The notes: generated by a model from the sequence alone, not told the origin. Shown: positions 9,166-19,653, counted from the first letter of the stretch. The stretch is 64,000 bases of DNA from Nitrospiraceae bacterium (GCA_002726235.1 PBSN01000007.1:62001-126000); one strand, 5' to 3'. Program-made: numbers and translations.

Positions 9166-10872
9166 ATGGATTATGATATTCGACGTGACAACGACGGAAT
9201 GAGAAGTGGCGAAGTGTCTCGCGTGGAGATGGATGAGCTACACTGTCAAGTTCAGTCGCTGGAAGAGGCCATTAAGGAACTCTACGAAGTTCGTCGCAAA
9301 CTCAACCAGGCTCATACGCAAAATGAGCGACTGACTGCAATCCTTCACGAAACGCGGACACAAGTTGAGTCCTTACGTGCCGAAGTCGAAAAGCTTACTG
9401 CGGTGCCATCGACGTTTGGCATCTACTCTCATGCCAATCTTGACAATACGGTAACAGTCTTTGTTGGAGGGAGGAAAATGTGCGTCAATCTTCACCCTTC
9501 GATTCGCATTGAACAGCTCATGAAGGGCCAAGAGATTGTCTTGAATGAAGCGTTAAACGTGATTGAAGCAAAAGGCTTTGATGGACGGGGCGAGATCGTA
9601 GAATTGCGTGAGTGCATCGATGGTGCGCGCGCTATTATCCTTTTGCGAGCTGGTGAGAAACGTGTGGCTGAATTGAGCGATCCACTCCGAAAAGTGTCAT
9701 TGAAAGCTGGGGATCATCTACTGTATGACCACTGGGCGGGCTGCCTACTTGAGAAGCTTCCGAAGTCCGAGGTTGAAACGCTTGTGCTTGAAGAGGTTCC
9801 TGATGTGACGTATGAGGATGTCGGTGGTCTTGCGGAACAGGTGGAACAAATTCGTGATGCGGTTGAACTTCCGTTTCTGCATCCGGATGTTTTTCGGGAC
9901 CATCAATTACGCCCACCTCGCGGATTGCTTCTTTATGGCCCTCCGGGGTGTGGAAAAACCATGATTGCAAAAGCGGTGGCGCATTCGTTGGCACAAAAAC
10001 TGGAACATATGAACGGAAAAGAAACCCGGAGCTTCTTCTTGCACATTAAAGGGCCGGAGTTATTGAACAAGTACGTGGGTGAGTCAGAACGGCATGTGCG
10101 GGAGGTATTTCAACGTGCCAAGGAATGTGCGAATGATGGCATGCCGGTGATCGTGTTTTTTGATGAAATGGATGCACTGTTCCGAACTCGTGGAACAGGC
10201 ATTTCGTCTGATCTTGAATCGACCATCGTTCCTCAGTTTCTTGCCGAAATTGATGGCATGGAGCAGTTGAACCACGTTATTGTCATTGGCGCGAGTAACC
10301 GACAAGACCTCATTGATCCTGCAGTCCTGCGTCAAGGGAGGTTGGATCTGAAGATAAAAATTGATCGACCTAATAAGGATGCCGCCACGGACATTTTTGA
10401 AAAATATCTGACGCCAGACCTTCCATTCCATGCCGATGAACTCAATAGAGATGGCCAGAATGTAGCGGAAGTCGTGACCCGAATGGTCATGGCGACGGTT
10501 GATGCCATGTACAGTTTGACTGATGAGAATCGGTTTTTGGAGGTCACCTATGTCAATGGAAGTATAGAAATATTTTATCTGAAGGACTTTGTCAGTGGCG
10601 CCTTTATTGAAGGAGTGGTATCTCGTGCCAAGAAAGTGGCGGTCAAGCGGTTCCTTGCAAGTGGGGAGAAGGGGCTAAAAATAGATGATCTTCTCCATGC
10701 AGTCCGTGAAGAATTCAAAGAACAAGAAGATCTTCCGAATACAACCAATCCAGATGATTGGGCGAAGATATCGGGACGAAAAAACGAGCGTATCGTTCAT
10801 GTTCGTACCTTGACCTCTACATGCCATGATGATGTAGCTAGTAAGACCATTTCGACTGGACACTATCTTTAA
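9166..10872 (+). CDS. arc: Proteasome AAA+ ATPase ARC/Mpa
   Basis: N-terminal coiled coil and OB domains; GPPGCGKT; KGPELLNKYVGE; FFDEMD; LPNTTNPDDWA; C-terminal GHYL docking motif. Confidence 0.95.
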   Translation: MDYDIRRDNDGMRSGEVSRVEMDELHCQVQSLEEAIKELYEVRRKLNQAHTQNERLTAILHETRTQVESLRAEVEKLTAVPSTFGIYSHANLDNTVTVFVGGRKMCVNLHPSIRIEQLMKGQEIVLNEALNVIEAKGFDGRGEIVELRECIDGARAIILLRAGEKRVAELSDPLRKVSLKAGDHLLYDHWAGCLLEKLPKSEVETLVLEEVPDVTYEDVGGLAEQVEQIRDAVELPFLHPDVFRDHQLRPPRGLLLYGPPGCGKTMIAKAVAHSLAQKLEHMNGKETRSFFLHIKGPELLNKYVGESERHVREVFQRAKECANDGMPVIVFFDEMDALFRTRGTGISSDLESTIVPQFLAEIDGMEQLNHVIVIGASNRQDLIDPAVLRQGRLDLKIKIDRPNKDAATDIFEKYLTPDLPFHADELNRDGQNVAEVVTRMVMATVDAMYSLTDENRFLEVTYVNGSIEIFYLKDFVSGAFIEGVVSRAKKVAVKRFLASGEKGLKIDDLLHAVREEFKEQEDLPNTTNPDDWAKISGRKNERIVHVRTLTSTCHDDVASKTISTGHYL

Positions 10873-10906
10873 CCTCACTCTTTATCAGAGGTTCATCAGA
10901 GCAGGC

Positions 10907-12415
10907 ATGCACATTTACGGGACAGAAACAGAGTTTGGGATTACGACGCGTGATGGACAGGTTGCTGATCCTGTTGTTGAGTCGCTGTTTCTTGTCAACC
11001 ACTATCCTCTGCTTCCGTCTGCGCCAGTGGTGTGGAATTACGAAGAGGAAAGTCCTCTGTTGGACAGTCGAGGATTTGAAGTTGAGGGAGTCCCTGAGAG
11101 TCCAGGATCGGATTACAATCGGCTCCTGAATAAGCCGTTGCACAATGGTGGTCGATTGTATGTTGATGGTGCGCACCCTGAATATTCGACGCCTGAATGC
11201 TCTAGTCCGCGTGAAGTTGTCATTCATGAAAAAGCTGGTGAGCAGATTATGCTGGATTGTCTTCGCGCGGTGTTGCGAGCAAGGCCAGATCGCGGCGTGA
11301 TTGTGTACAAAAACAATACTGACGGGAAGGGTAATAGTTATGGCTATCATGAAAATTATCTATTTCCACGAGAATTTCCGTTTGACCAATTGACGGCTGC
11401 ACTCATCCCATTTTTTGTAACACGGCAAATTTTTGCAGGCGCGGGCAAGGTAGGAGCAGAGAATGGAACGGATCCTGCTGTATTTCAGATTTCCCAGCGG
11501 GCTGATTTTTTTGAAACCATTGTTGGACTTAATACCATGAACAAACGCTCGATCATGAATACGCGCGACGAGCCACATGCCGATTCAAAGAAGTATCGGC
11601 GGATCCATGTGATCGTTGGTGATGCGAATATGTCGGAAACGTCAATCTACGTGAAGATTGGTATTGCTGGAGTGGTGTTAGATATGATTGCAGCTGGCAT
11701 ATCGTTTGCGTCGTTAGAGTTGGCCGATCCGCTTGGGGCGATGAAAAGCATTTCACGAGATCTAAGCGTCACTGCTCCGGTGCGTTTGGCGAGTGGAAAA
11801 GTGTCTTCTGCTATTGAGATTCAACGGACCTATCTCAAGAAAGCTCAAGACTTTATTGCGAGTGATGGTACTGATGAGCAACGCACCGATGTGTTGCGGC
11901 GATGGGATAATATTCTCAATGAACTCGAACGGGATCCTATGACACTTGTGACAGAGCTTGATTGGGTGGCAAAGTACGCAATGATGACTTCTTACATGGG
12001 TCGTAAGGGATGTGGGTGGGATGACCCCCGCATCCGCATGATGGATTTCCAATATCATGATATCCGGCCGGAAAAGGGCCTGTATTTTGCCCTCCTTCGA
12101 CAAAACCGGATAAGTCGATTGGTCAGTGATGAAGAAATTGTTCGTGCGGAGATGGATGCCCCAGCCGGGACCCGAGCCTATTTTCGATCCGCATGTTTGA
12201 AGAAATACCCCAAAGAGGTGTATGCCACCAGTTGGAGTTCGATCCTGTTTGCGACCGAATCAGATATCCTGACCAAACTGTCTTTACTCGAACCAACTCA
12301 AGGCACGGAACAGCTTACCAAGAAAATGCTTGACGCATCGGACAGTGTTCCCATGTTACTTGCGAAACTCGCAGATTCATCACGGAATGTTAGGGATGTT
12401 TCGCATGCGACTTGA
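10907..12415 (+). CDS. dop: Pup deamidase/depupylase Dop
   Basis: GTETEFGI, NGGRLYVDGAHPEYSTPE, KNNTDGKGNSYGYHENY, ISQRADFF and NTRDEPHAD. Confidence 0.92.
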   Translation: MHIYGTETEFGITTRDGQVADPVVESLFLVNHYPLLPSAPVVWNYEEESPLLDSRGFEVEGVPESPGSDYNRLLNKPLHNGGRLYVDGAHPEYSTPECSSPREVVIHEKAGEQIMLDCLRAVLRARPDRGVIVYKNNTDGKGNSYGYHENYLFPREFPFDQLTAALIPFFVTRQIFAGAGKVGAENGTDPAVFQISQRADFFETIVGLNTMNKRSIMNTRDEPHADSKKYRRIHVIVGDANMSETSIYVKIGIAGVVLDMIAAGISFASLELADPLGAMKSISRDLSVTAPVRLASGKVSSAIEIQRTYLKKAQDFIASDGTDEQRTDVLRRWDNILNELERDPMTLVTELDWVAKYAMMTSYMGRKGCGWDDPRIRMMDFQYHDIRPEKGLYFALLRQNRISRLVSDEEIVRAEMDAPAGTRAYFRSACLKKYPKEVYATSWSSILFATESDILTKLSLLEPTQGTEQLTKKMLDASDSVPMLLAKLADSSRNVRDVSHAT

Positions 12416-13220
12416 TTTGTATGCGTATGCGGGCACTAGTTTTTCCGAGTATGTGCGCCAATGTCGGCCGGAGGTGTTGCCACGATTTGGGGCTTCGGTT
12501 TCATCACCGGATGAGGTGCGTCATCTCGGGCGCTCTGTGCCTACCGCTACCACAATCCTGGCTTTGAAGTATGAGGGTGGAGTAGTGCTGGGTGGCGATC
12601 GGCGAGCCACCGAAGGGTCACAAATTGCCAGCAACCGGATTGAGAAAGTTTATGCCGCCGATGCCCATTCTGCTATTGCGATTGCTGGAACTGCTGGTCC
12701 ATGTATTGAATTGGCCAAGCTCTTCAAGACTGAGCTTGAACACTATGAAAAGCTTGAGGGAGATGAACTCTCTTACGAAGGCAAAGCAAATAAGTTGGCT
12801 CAGATGGTGCGCGAACAGTTTCCTATGGTCTTTCAAGGGCTGGTGGTCGTTCCCATTTTTGCCGGGTATGATCTGCACCGTAGGCAGGGCCGCATCTGTC
12901 AATATGATGTTACGGGTGGGCGGTATGAAGAGATCGATTTCTGCGCCGTCGGTTCCGGAGGAAAGGATGCGCAGAATATGATTAAGGAGCATTATCATCG
13001 ATCGCTTGTTGAAACCGAGGCGATCAACCTTGCACTCTCTGCGTTATTTAGCGCGGCCGAGGAGGATTCCGGGACCGGTGGACCGGATCTCGTCCGAGGA
13101 ATCTATCCCACCATGAAGCTTGTGCAGGAAGAGGGGGTCGTTGACATTGGTGACGATCGTTTAGCCGCGATGTGCATGGAGTTGATTGAAGCGAAAAAGA
13201 GGAGGCATGACGCGGTATGA
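12405..13220 (+). CDS. prcB: 20S proteasome beta subunit
   Basis: Propeptide followed by TTILAL, GDRRAT, IAGTAG, GSGG and DSGTGGPD. Start overlaps the dop stop. Confidence 0.93.
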   Translation: MRLDLYAYAGTSFSEYVRQCRPEVLPRFGASVSSPDEVRHLGRSVPTATTILALKYEGGVVLGGDRRATEGSQIASNRIEKVYAADAHSAIAIAGTAGPCIELAKLFKTELEHYEKLEGDELSYEGKANKLAQMVREQFPMVFQGLVVVPIFAGYDLHRRQGRICQYDVTGGRYEEIDFCAVGSGGKDAQNMIKEHYHRSLVETEAINLALSALFSAAEEDSGTGGPDLVRGIYPTMKLVQEEGVVDIGDDRLAAMCMELIEAKKRRHDAV

Positions 13221-13897
13221 TGCCCTATTACGTGGCTCCAGAACAGATGATGCAGGACAAGGCGGAGTATGCCAAAAAAGGTATCGCCAAAGGCCGATCA
13301 ATTATCGCTATGGAATACGCAGATGGACTCTTGCTGATAGCCGATAATCCTGCCGCATCGCTCTGCAAAATCTCTGAAATCTATGATCGTATTGCATTTT
13401 GCGGTGTGGGAAAATATAGCGAGTTCGAAAGCCTTCGGAAGGCTGGAATTCGTCACGCCGACCTCAAAGGCTATATGTATAGCCGTGAGGATGTAAGTGC
13501 GCGGTCTTTGGCGAGAGCCTATTCCGAAACCTTAGGGGGCATTTTTAGCCAGGAAGTGAAACCTATGGAGGTAGAAATCTTGGTCGTTGAAGTTGGAGCG
13601 GTGAGCAAGCCAAACGAGATTTATCGCATTACATTTGATGGAAGTATCATCGACGAACATGGTGTGGTTGCCATTGGAGGAAGGTCCGATGCCATTCTAC
13701 GATTTTTTGATGATTGTGATCATGCTAATGACGTTTCGCTTGATACTGCCGTTGCATTATGTCGTGATGCCTTTGCGCATGCCAATGCGCAGGATGTAAC
13801 CGTGGATGTTTTGGAAATTGCTGTACTGGGACGAGATCGATCGGGACGGGCGTTTCAGAGAATTACTGCCGCAGTACACGACGAAATGGATACGTGA
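13217..13897 (+). CDS. prcA: 20S proteasome alpha subunit
   Basis: PYYVAPEQMMQDKAEYAKKGIAKGRS and KISEIYDRIAF. Confidence 0.95.
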   Translation: MMPYYVAPEQMMQDKAEYAKKGIAKGRSIIAMEYADGLLLIADNPAASLCKISEIYDRIAFCGVGKYSEFESLRKAGIRHADLKGYMYSREDVSARSLARAYSETLGGIFSQEVKPMEVEILVVEVGAVSKPNEIYRITFDGSIIDEHGVVAIGGRSDAILRFFDDCDHANDVSLDTAVALCRDAFAHANAQDVTVDVLEIAVLGRDRSGRAFQRITAAVHDEMDT

Positions 13898-15261
13898 AGC
13901 CACGCATCTTCGGCATCGAAAGCGAGTATGGATTGGTTTTTTCGCCAACTGTGTTGCTATCTCTTCCAATTGAGAAAGTCATTGGATATATCTTCGAAGG
14001 ACTGATTCCCAAGAACTGGCCATCCAGCACCTTTCTTCAGAATGGGGCTCGCCTCTATCAGGATACGGGATGTCACCCCGAATATGCGACTCCGGAGTGC
14101 TCTACCATTGTAGATTTGATTGTTCACGATAAGGCTGGTGAGCGGTTGTTGGAGGCCTGTTTGCCAGCAGCAGAAAAGCGGCTTCGCGAGGAGGGGTTGT
14201 CTGGGGATATCTCGGTGTTCAAAAACAATACCGATTTCCTTGGTAATACCTACGGGTGCCACGAAAATTTCTTGATGAACAGGCATGTCAATTTTTGGAA
14301 TGTGACAGAACAACTCATTCCATTTTTCGTGACTCGCCAAATCTTTGCTGGGGCGGGCAAAGTTATGAAAGTAAATGGGCACCCGCATTTCTTTATTTCT
14401 CAGCGTGCGCAACATATTCACGAAAAGACGTCTTCGTCTACAACCTCATCGAGGAGCATTATCAATACCCGCGATGAGCCACATGCGGACGCGGAAAAAT
14501 ATCGACGTCTCCATATCATCGTTGGGGATTCCAACATGTCTGAGTTCACGACCTATTTGAAAATCGGAACCGCGGCTGTCGTTTTGTCGATGATCGAGGA
14601 CGGGTTTCAGGTTCGAGAGCTGCAACTGGATGATCCAGTTCGTGCCATCCGCGAAATTTCTCGTGATCCCACTCTGAAGCAGAGAGTGAAGCTTGAAAAT
14701 GGTCAAGAGTTGAGTGCGATTGAGATCCAACGGACCTACTTAGAGTGTGCGCAAAATTACATTGATGCAGGCCGAGAGGATGAGGTCTCAAAAGACGTGC
14801 TTTGGAATTGGGCGAGAGTGCTTGATAGACTTGATGCTGATCCTATGAGCCTTACGCGTGAACTGGATTGGGTGAGTAAGCGCCATCTCATGTGTTCCTA
14901 TGTTGATGGAAAACGGTGTGGGTGGGATGACCCTCGGATTGCTATGATTGATCTGCAGTATCACAATATCCGGCACTCCAAAGGAGTGTACTATCTGCTC
15001 GAGCGGAACAACCGTATGGATCGGATGGTTGATGATCAGGCTATCCGCGACGCGATGTCGATCCCTCCGCAATCCACGCGTGCGAAAGTCCGTGGAGACT
15101 TCATTCGTTTTGCGCAGGCCAAAAATCGTCCGTATACCGTTGACTGGACGTACCTGAAATTAAACGGGTATTGGGAAGAGACGATCTTATGTATGGATCC
15201 ATTTGAAGCTACAAACATGCGTGTGAGTGAGTTGCTCGAACAACTTCCTGCGTCGACATGA
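13894..15261 (+). CDS. pafA: Pup-protein ligase PafA
   Basis: RIFGIESEYG, NGARLYQDTGCHPEYATPEC, FKNNTD..YGCHENF, IDLQYHNI and YTVDW. Confidence 0.93.
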   Translation: MKPRIFGIESEYGLVFSPTVLLSLPIEKVIGYIFEGLIPKNWPSSTFLQNGARLYQDTGCHPEYATPECSTIVDLIVHDKAGERLLEACLPAAEKRLREEGLSGDISVFKNNTDFLGNTYGCHENFLMNRHVNFWNVTEQLIPFFVTRQIFAGAGKVMKVNGHPHFFISQRAQHIHEKTSSSTTSSRSIINTRDEPHADAEKYRRLHIIVGDSNMSEFTTYLKIGTAAVVLSMIEDGFQVRELQLDDPVRAIREISRDPTLKQRVKLENGQELSAIEIQRTYLECAQNYIDAGREDEVSKDVLWNWARVLDRLDADPMSLTRELDWVSKRHLMCSYVDGKRCGWDDPRIAMIDLQYHNIRHSKGVYYLLERNNRMDRMVDDQAIRDAMSIPPQSTRAKVRGDFIRFAQAKNRPYTVDWTYLKLNGYWEETILCMDPFEATNMRVSELLEQLPAST

Positions 15262-15271
15262 TGGTCGTAGC

Positions 15272-16189
15272 ATGATGTTGAAAGGTTCTATCAGTAGTGC
15301 GCTTCTTGTATTTCTGGTGGCTGGAGGTATTGGATTGTGCACGAGTTGGACAGTGTTGGCGGATGGGGCAAGTGTTGACCCACCGGTCTTTCAGGTAAGG
15401 CAAGGCGAGATTGTGGAGATTGTACTTTCTGTTCCCGATCACTCGACCTCTGTGGAAGGAACGTGGGGAGGAAGGAATATTCCATTTTTCCAACTTCAAG
15501 ATTCCACCACGTTGTTAGGGTTGGTTGGAGTTGATTTGGATGCGAAGTTGGGAACCTCCTCCTTAAAAGTCACCATTGTATCTTCGCAGTGGACAGAAAC
15601 GCGGAAGTTCATCATTGAGATTGCAGATGCATCATTTCCTGTTCAAATGCTTCAATTGCCTCGCAATATGGTTGATCTTGATGCTGATACTCTCAAACGT
15701 GTTCGGAAAGAAGCGAAACTTTTACGAACCCTCTTTGCGCAAACCAACACTCCACTCGCGTGGACGGATAATTTTATTGTGCCGCTTGAGGGCAAGATTA
15801 GTGGTGCCTTTGGTCGTCAACGGATTATAAATGGGCAGAAGAAAAATCCGCACACGGGAGAAGACATTTCTGCTCCTCATGGTGCCAAAGTTCAGGCATC
15901 GAATCGCGGTATCGTGCGCTTGGCCGACGAACAGTTTTTCAGTGGAAAGAGCATTCTCATCGATCATGGTTTGGGTCTTTTCACCATGTATTTTCACCTG
16001 TCAGAGATGTTCGTGGAAGAAGGGAATACCGTTGATCGTGGTGAGTTGATTGGATTGGTTGGGTCGACCGGACGGGCCACCGGGCCACATCTACATTGGG
16101 GCGCACGACTCAATAATGCGCGTGTCGACCCCTACGAGCTTATTCAAATGAAGATAGGAGGAAGATTTAACAGTGTTAGAGTCCAATAA
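15272..16189 (+). CDS. M23 family metallopeptidase
   Basis: HTGED, DHGLG, YFHLS and GSTGRATGPHLHW; N-terminal signal/TM segment. Confidence 0.9.
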   Translation: MMLKGSISSALLVFLVAGGIGLCTSWTVLADGASVDPPVFQVRQGEIVEIVLSVPDHSTSVEGTWGGRNIPFFQLQDSTTLLGLVGVDLDAKLGTSSLKVTIVSSQWTETRKFIIEIADASFPVQMLQLPRNMVDLDADTLKRVRKEAKLLRTLFAQTNTPLAWTDNFIVPLEGKISGAFGRQRIINGQKKNPHTGEDISAPHGAKVQASNRGIVRLADEQFFSGKSILIDHGLGLFTMYFHLSEMFVEEGNTVDRGELIGLVGSTGRATGPHLHWGARLNNARVDPYELIQMKIGGRFNSVRVQ

Positions 16190-16595
16190 GAAGTTCGTCA
16201 TTTTCTCGCATGGCGCAACATACGATAAGTTGCACCAAGTGGGTACTTTGGCACTCACTGCTGCAGCTTTGGGACGTGATGTGTACGTGATTTTGATGTT
16301 TTGGGCAATCAAGAAACTTGAGATGGGTCGGTTAGACACGATAGATTTTCCTCCGGAGTACAGTGCATATACCGAAGATGTTGCCCGACTTCTCGGAGAA
16401 AAGAAAATCCCAACGATCACCAAGATGTTTTCCGATGCCAGACAGGTCGGAACATTTCACCTCATTGCTTGCAGTGCAGGATTAGAATACATGGGCGTTG
16501 ATTCTGACAAACTCATACCCCTCGTTGACGAGATCCTGGGTCTTCCAGCAATCCTCTCCATGACCTTTGACTCAGAGACATCGCTTTTTATCTAG
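16173..16595 (+). CDS. DsrE/DsrF/DrsH-like protein
   Basis: TAAALGRDVYVILMFWAI, LIACSAGL and SLFI terminus. Confidence 0.75.
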   Translation: MLESNKKFVIFSHGATYDKLHQVGTLALTAAALGRDVYVILMFWAIKKLEMGRLDTIDFPPEYSAYTEDVARLLGEKKIPTITKMFSDARQVGTFHLIACSAGLEYMGVDSDKLIPLVDEILGLPAILSMTFDSETSLFI

Positions 16596-16667
16596 TTTCA
16601 TCAACGGGAACGTAGTCAGGCTCGACGTTGTAAGTCACCCTTAGAGGGTGAAGATATTGGTATTGTG

Positions 16668-17489
16668 TCAGTTTGTGGTTGATCGACCGGTGTGTCGTTG
16701 TGGCAGGATTAGCGCAATGAAGAAGAGTGTCGTCTGAAGGAGTACAGTTGTTGGACCTGAGGGAAGGTCAAACCAGTATGAGAGGAGAACTCCAGCAATT
16801 GCTGTCACGATGCCGATTGCAATTGAGATTCGTGTCATCCGACTGAGACTATGGGTGAGTTGATACGCCGTTGATGCTGGTATGAGGAGCATCGCGAAGA
16901 CCAGCATAGCGCCGATTGCCTTCAACGAGAGAACGACGGTTATGGCAATTAGGGTGAGCATCAAAAAGAAAAGCGGTCGTGCTGGAATGCCAGACGATTC
17001 TGCCATGTCCTGATCGAAGGCGATGAAATAGAATTCTTTTGAGAATGCGAGCAGTGTTGCGACAACGACAATGCTCAGGAGCACGATAATCTTCATCTCC
17101 GATGGTGTGACCGAAAGGATGCTTCCAAACAGGTAGCTGTAGACTTCGGCGCTATAGGCTTTTATCAATCCGATAAAGAGAATGGCCATTGCCATAGTGC
17201 TGGTAAACAGAATGCCGATGGATACGTCGAGCTTCATTCTCCCTTTCTCTTCTAGCAATCCTGCTGCCCATGCCGTTAGTACGCCAAATGCAATGGCTAG
17301 CAGTAATGGGGGAACTTGGAGCAGATAGGCGAGGGCAACGCCTGCAAATGCTGCGTGTGCGGTTCCTGCGCCAATAAAAGCCAAGCCGCGGAGCACCACA
17401 AAGACGCCAAGCCACGAACACACCCCTCCGACAAAAAACGCCGTTATTAAGGCGCGTTGCATGAACTCGTAGGCTAGAAACTCAAACAT
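16668..17489 (-). CDS. Zn/Mn ABC transporter permease (ZnuB/MntB family)
   Basis: FMQRAL, AHAAFAG, YLFGSIL and DLPSGPT; multi-TM. Confidence 0.92.
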   Translation of the reverse strand: MFEFLAYEFMQRALITAFFVGGVCSWLGVFVVLRGLAFIGAGTAHAAFAGVALAYLLQVPPLLLAIAFGVLTAWAAGLLEEKGRMKLDVSIGILFTSTMAMAILFIGLIKAYSAEVYSYLFGSILSVTPSEMKIIVLLSIVVVATLLAFSKEFYFIAFDQDMAESSGIPARPLFFLMLTLIAITVVLSLKAIGAMLVFAMLLIPASTAYQLTHSLSRMTRISIAIGIVTAIAGVLLSYWFDLPSGPTTVLLQTTLFFIALILPQRHTGRSTTN

Positions 17490-17561
17490 GCCTTATGTCT
17501 TTGGAGTAGTTGCAAAACACGAGAAGAGAGAAGTATGTAAAACGATATATCGTGTCATGCA

Positions 17562-18365
17562 TTACTCATGATGAGAATCACCACCAATGACATATCCGTT
17601 GTCGGTTACAATGATTTCATCGCCGTAGACTTGAGAGAGGATGTTGTGCTGCAGTACATCGCATGGGTGCCCATTGGCAAAAAGGCGAGTGTTAAGCAAC
17701 ACCAGACGGTCCACGAATGGGCTGATGAGGTTAATGTCGTGGGTCACTAGTAGAATGGTGAGTTGTAGCTCGCGATGGAGGCGCCGGATGAGTTCTAGGA
17801 TAGTATGCTGTGTGGTAGTGTCGATGCCGGTGGTGGGTTCATCCAGCAGCAATACCTGCGGTTGTTGGGCTAGTGCGCGAGCGATGAATATGCGTTGCTG
17901 TTGCCCTCCCGAGAGTTGACCAAACGGGTAATTTTTAAAATCACGCATTCCTACATCTTCTAAGGCCTGAAGTGCAATTGTCCTATCTTCTTTCCCGCTT
18001 TGGTGAAAGAGTCCTCGGACGCCATAGCGACCCATGAGTACCGTTTCAAACACTGTAATCGGAAAGTTACGATCGATTTTCCCTTTCTGTGGAAGATATC
18101 CAATGCGCGCACGGTGATAGCATCGGAGATTTTCACATGCGCAGTCGAAGATCTGCATGGTCCCTGTTTGTGGGAGAACCAAGCCAAGAATGGCTCGCAG
18201 GATGGTCGTTTTTCCAGACCCGTTCGGTCCAATAATGCCCACGAATTCGCCTTCGTTGATGTTGAGGCTGACCTCTTCGAGAGCTGGCGTGTGTGAGAGG
18301 GTATAGGTGGCGTTCGAAAATGCTATGACGCGCCGTGGCTGTTCTTTTGCGCGATTCGTTAACAT
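17562..18365 (-). CDS. Zn/Mn ABC transporter ATP-binding protein (ZnuC family)
   Basis: GPNGSGKT, LSGGQQQR, LLLDEPT and VTHD. Confidence 0.93.
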   Translation of the reverse strand: MLTNRAKEQPRRVIAFSNATYTLSHTPALEEVSLNINEGEFVGIIGPNGSGKTTILRAILGLVLPQTGTMQIFDCACENLRCYHRARIGYLPQKGKIDRNFPITVFETVLMGRYGVRGLFHQSGKEDRTIALQALEDVGMRDFKNYPFGQLSGGQQQRIFIARALAQQPQVLLLDEPTTGIDTTTQHTILELIRRLHRELQLTILLVTHDINLISPFVDRLVLLNTRLFANGHPCDVLQHNILSQVYGDEIIVTDNGYVIGGDSHHE

Positions 18366-18415
18366 TGTATTGTACAGTGCTAGGTAGCTAGGGAAGGAGA
18401 ACGACTGGTGTGATC

Positions 18416-19318
18416 CTAAGGGGTCAACACTTCTGCGAGTTTTAAGACATTGAATTGTAGCATGCTGGTGTAGGTGTTGGTTCCTGGGAGAGCTCCTGGA
18501 GTGGCGGTTAGCGTGACTATGCGAGCGCCAGTTTCTTGTGCGAGGATTCGCGGAATTTTCTGATTGAGTTGGGGCTCCGACACGATGACTTTGATTCCTT
18601 CTTTTTTGATGTGCTGCGTCAAGGTGCTGAGATGTTTTGCAGATGGCTCTGTCCCAGGTTGCTCAATGATATTCCCAACGATCTTAAATCCGAACCGGCG
18701 GGCAAAGTATGGCCACGCAGGATGATGGGAGACGAAACGCCGATCCGAAAGTTTTTTGACGCGGCGTTTAATGTCAGTTTGCAGCGTGTCGAGTGTACGT
18801 AAGTACTCAGCCTGATTGGCCAGATAGTCGCGTTTATTTGAGTGATCAAGCTTGATAAGTCGGGTAGTAATTTGTCGAACTATGCTCTTTGCATTCTCGG
18901 GGTCAAGCCAGATGTGTGGGTTGCCCAACGCATGCCTCTTATGGTGCGTGTGCATTGTTCCAGTATTTCTCAGAAGAGAAATGCCTTTGGATGAGACCAC
19001 GACTTCGAGTGAATTGTTCTGTGCGCTTTTCACTAGCTGATTGGCCCAGACTTCGAGGCCAGCCCCAATCGTCACGAACATGTGAGCCTGACGAATCGCA
19101 AGGACATCGCTGGGTTTGAGTGCGTAACTGTGGCCATTTTCAAGTCCGCTAATCAGACTGGTCACGGTGACGTGTTCACGTCCGATTTGTTTGACGTAGT
19201 CTTTTAGGACAGTGAGGGTGGTGACAACAATTGTGGTGTTCGTTTTGGCGTCAACGTGGGAAATTACGCTGGTTAGCAGGAATCCTATAATCAGCGTATA
19301 GATCAAGGGTTTTGCCAT
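18416..19318 (-). CDS. Zn/Mn ABC transporter substrate-binding protein (ZnuA/TroA family)
   Basis: GHSYALKP, His-rich loop HTHHKRH, NPHIWLDP and HPAWPYF. Confidence 0.92.
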   Translation of the reverse strand: MAKPLIYTLIIGFLLTSVISHVDAKTNTTIVVTTLTVLKDYVKQIGREHVTVTSLISGLENGHSYALKPSDVLAIRQAHMFVTIGAGLEVWANQLVKSAQNNSLEVVVSSKGISLLRNTGTMHTHHKRHALGNPHIWLDPENAKSIVRQITTRLIKLDHSNKRDYLANQAEYLRTLDTLQTDIKRRVKKLSDRRFVSHHPAWPYFARRFGFKIVGNIIEQPGTEPSAKHLSTLTQHIKKEGIKVIVSEPQLNQKIPRILAQETGARIVTLTATPGALPGTNTYTSMLQFNVLKLAEVLTP

Positions 19319-19594
19319 GGAGAAGGACGCTATCACCCTAGTCGAGAGAAAGTCAACGTAGTGACTCGGGGGTTGTCGGAAAAGTGCGCAACGGTGTTCT
19401 CAGCTCATTGTCGTGCTCATGTATTCCGTGTACGTTCCGCGTGCCAACGACCCTCAGGTCTGCTGGATTGCCTTTTTGAACAGCCTTGTTTTCTCGTAAC
19501 ACTTGAGGAGTGGCAATTTTTGAATTATTCAGCTGAGCACTTGGGAAGGACAGATGTTTTTAGGTTCATCTGCATTGGTAATGGTCGTGCAACA

Positions 19595-19623
19595 TTGACA
19601 GGAAGGGGCATCCTGCGTAAACT
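19595..19623 (+). promoter_or_regulatory. Sigma70 promoter of the Rrf2-sir operon
   Basis: TTGACA-17nt-TAAACT, followed by the near-palindrome CTATC-GG-GATAG (possible operator). Confidence 0.6.
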
Positions 19624-19653
19624 CCTAAATCCTATCGGGATAGAGTAATTTGC

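Noticed and set aside
19361..19648. 95-aa ORF before Rrf2
   Set aside because: Runs through the promoter elements; no RBS or motif.
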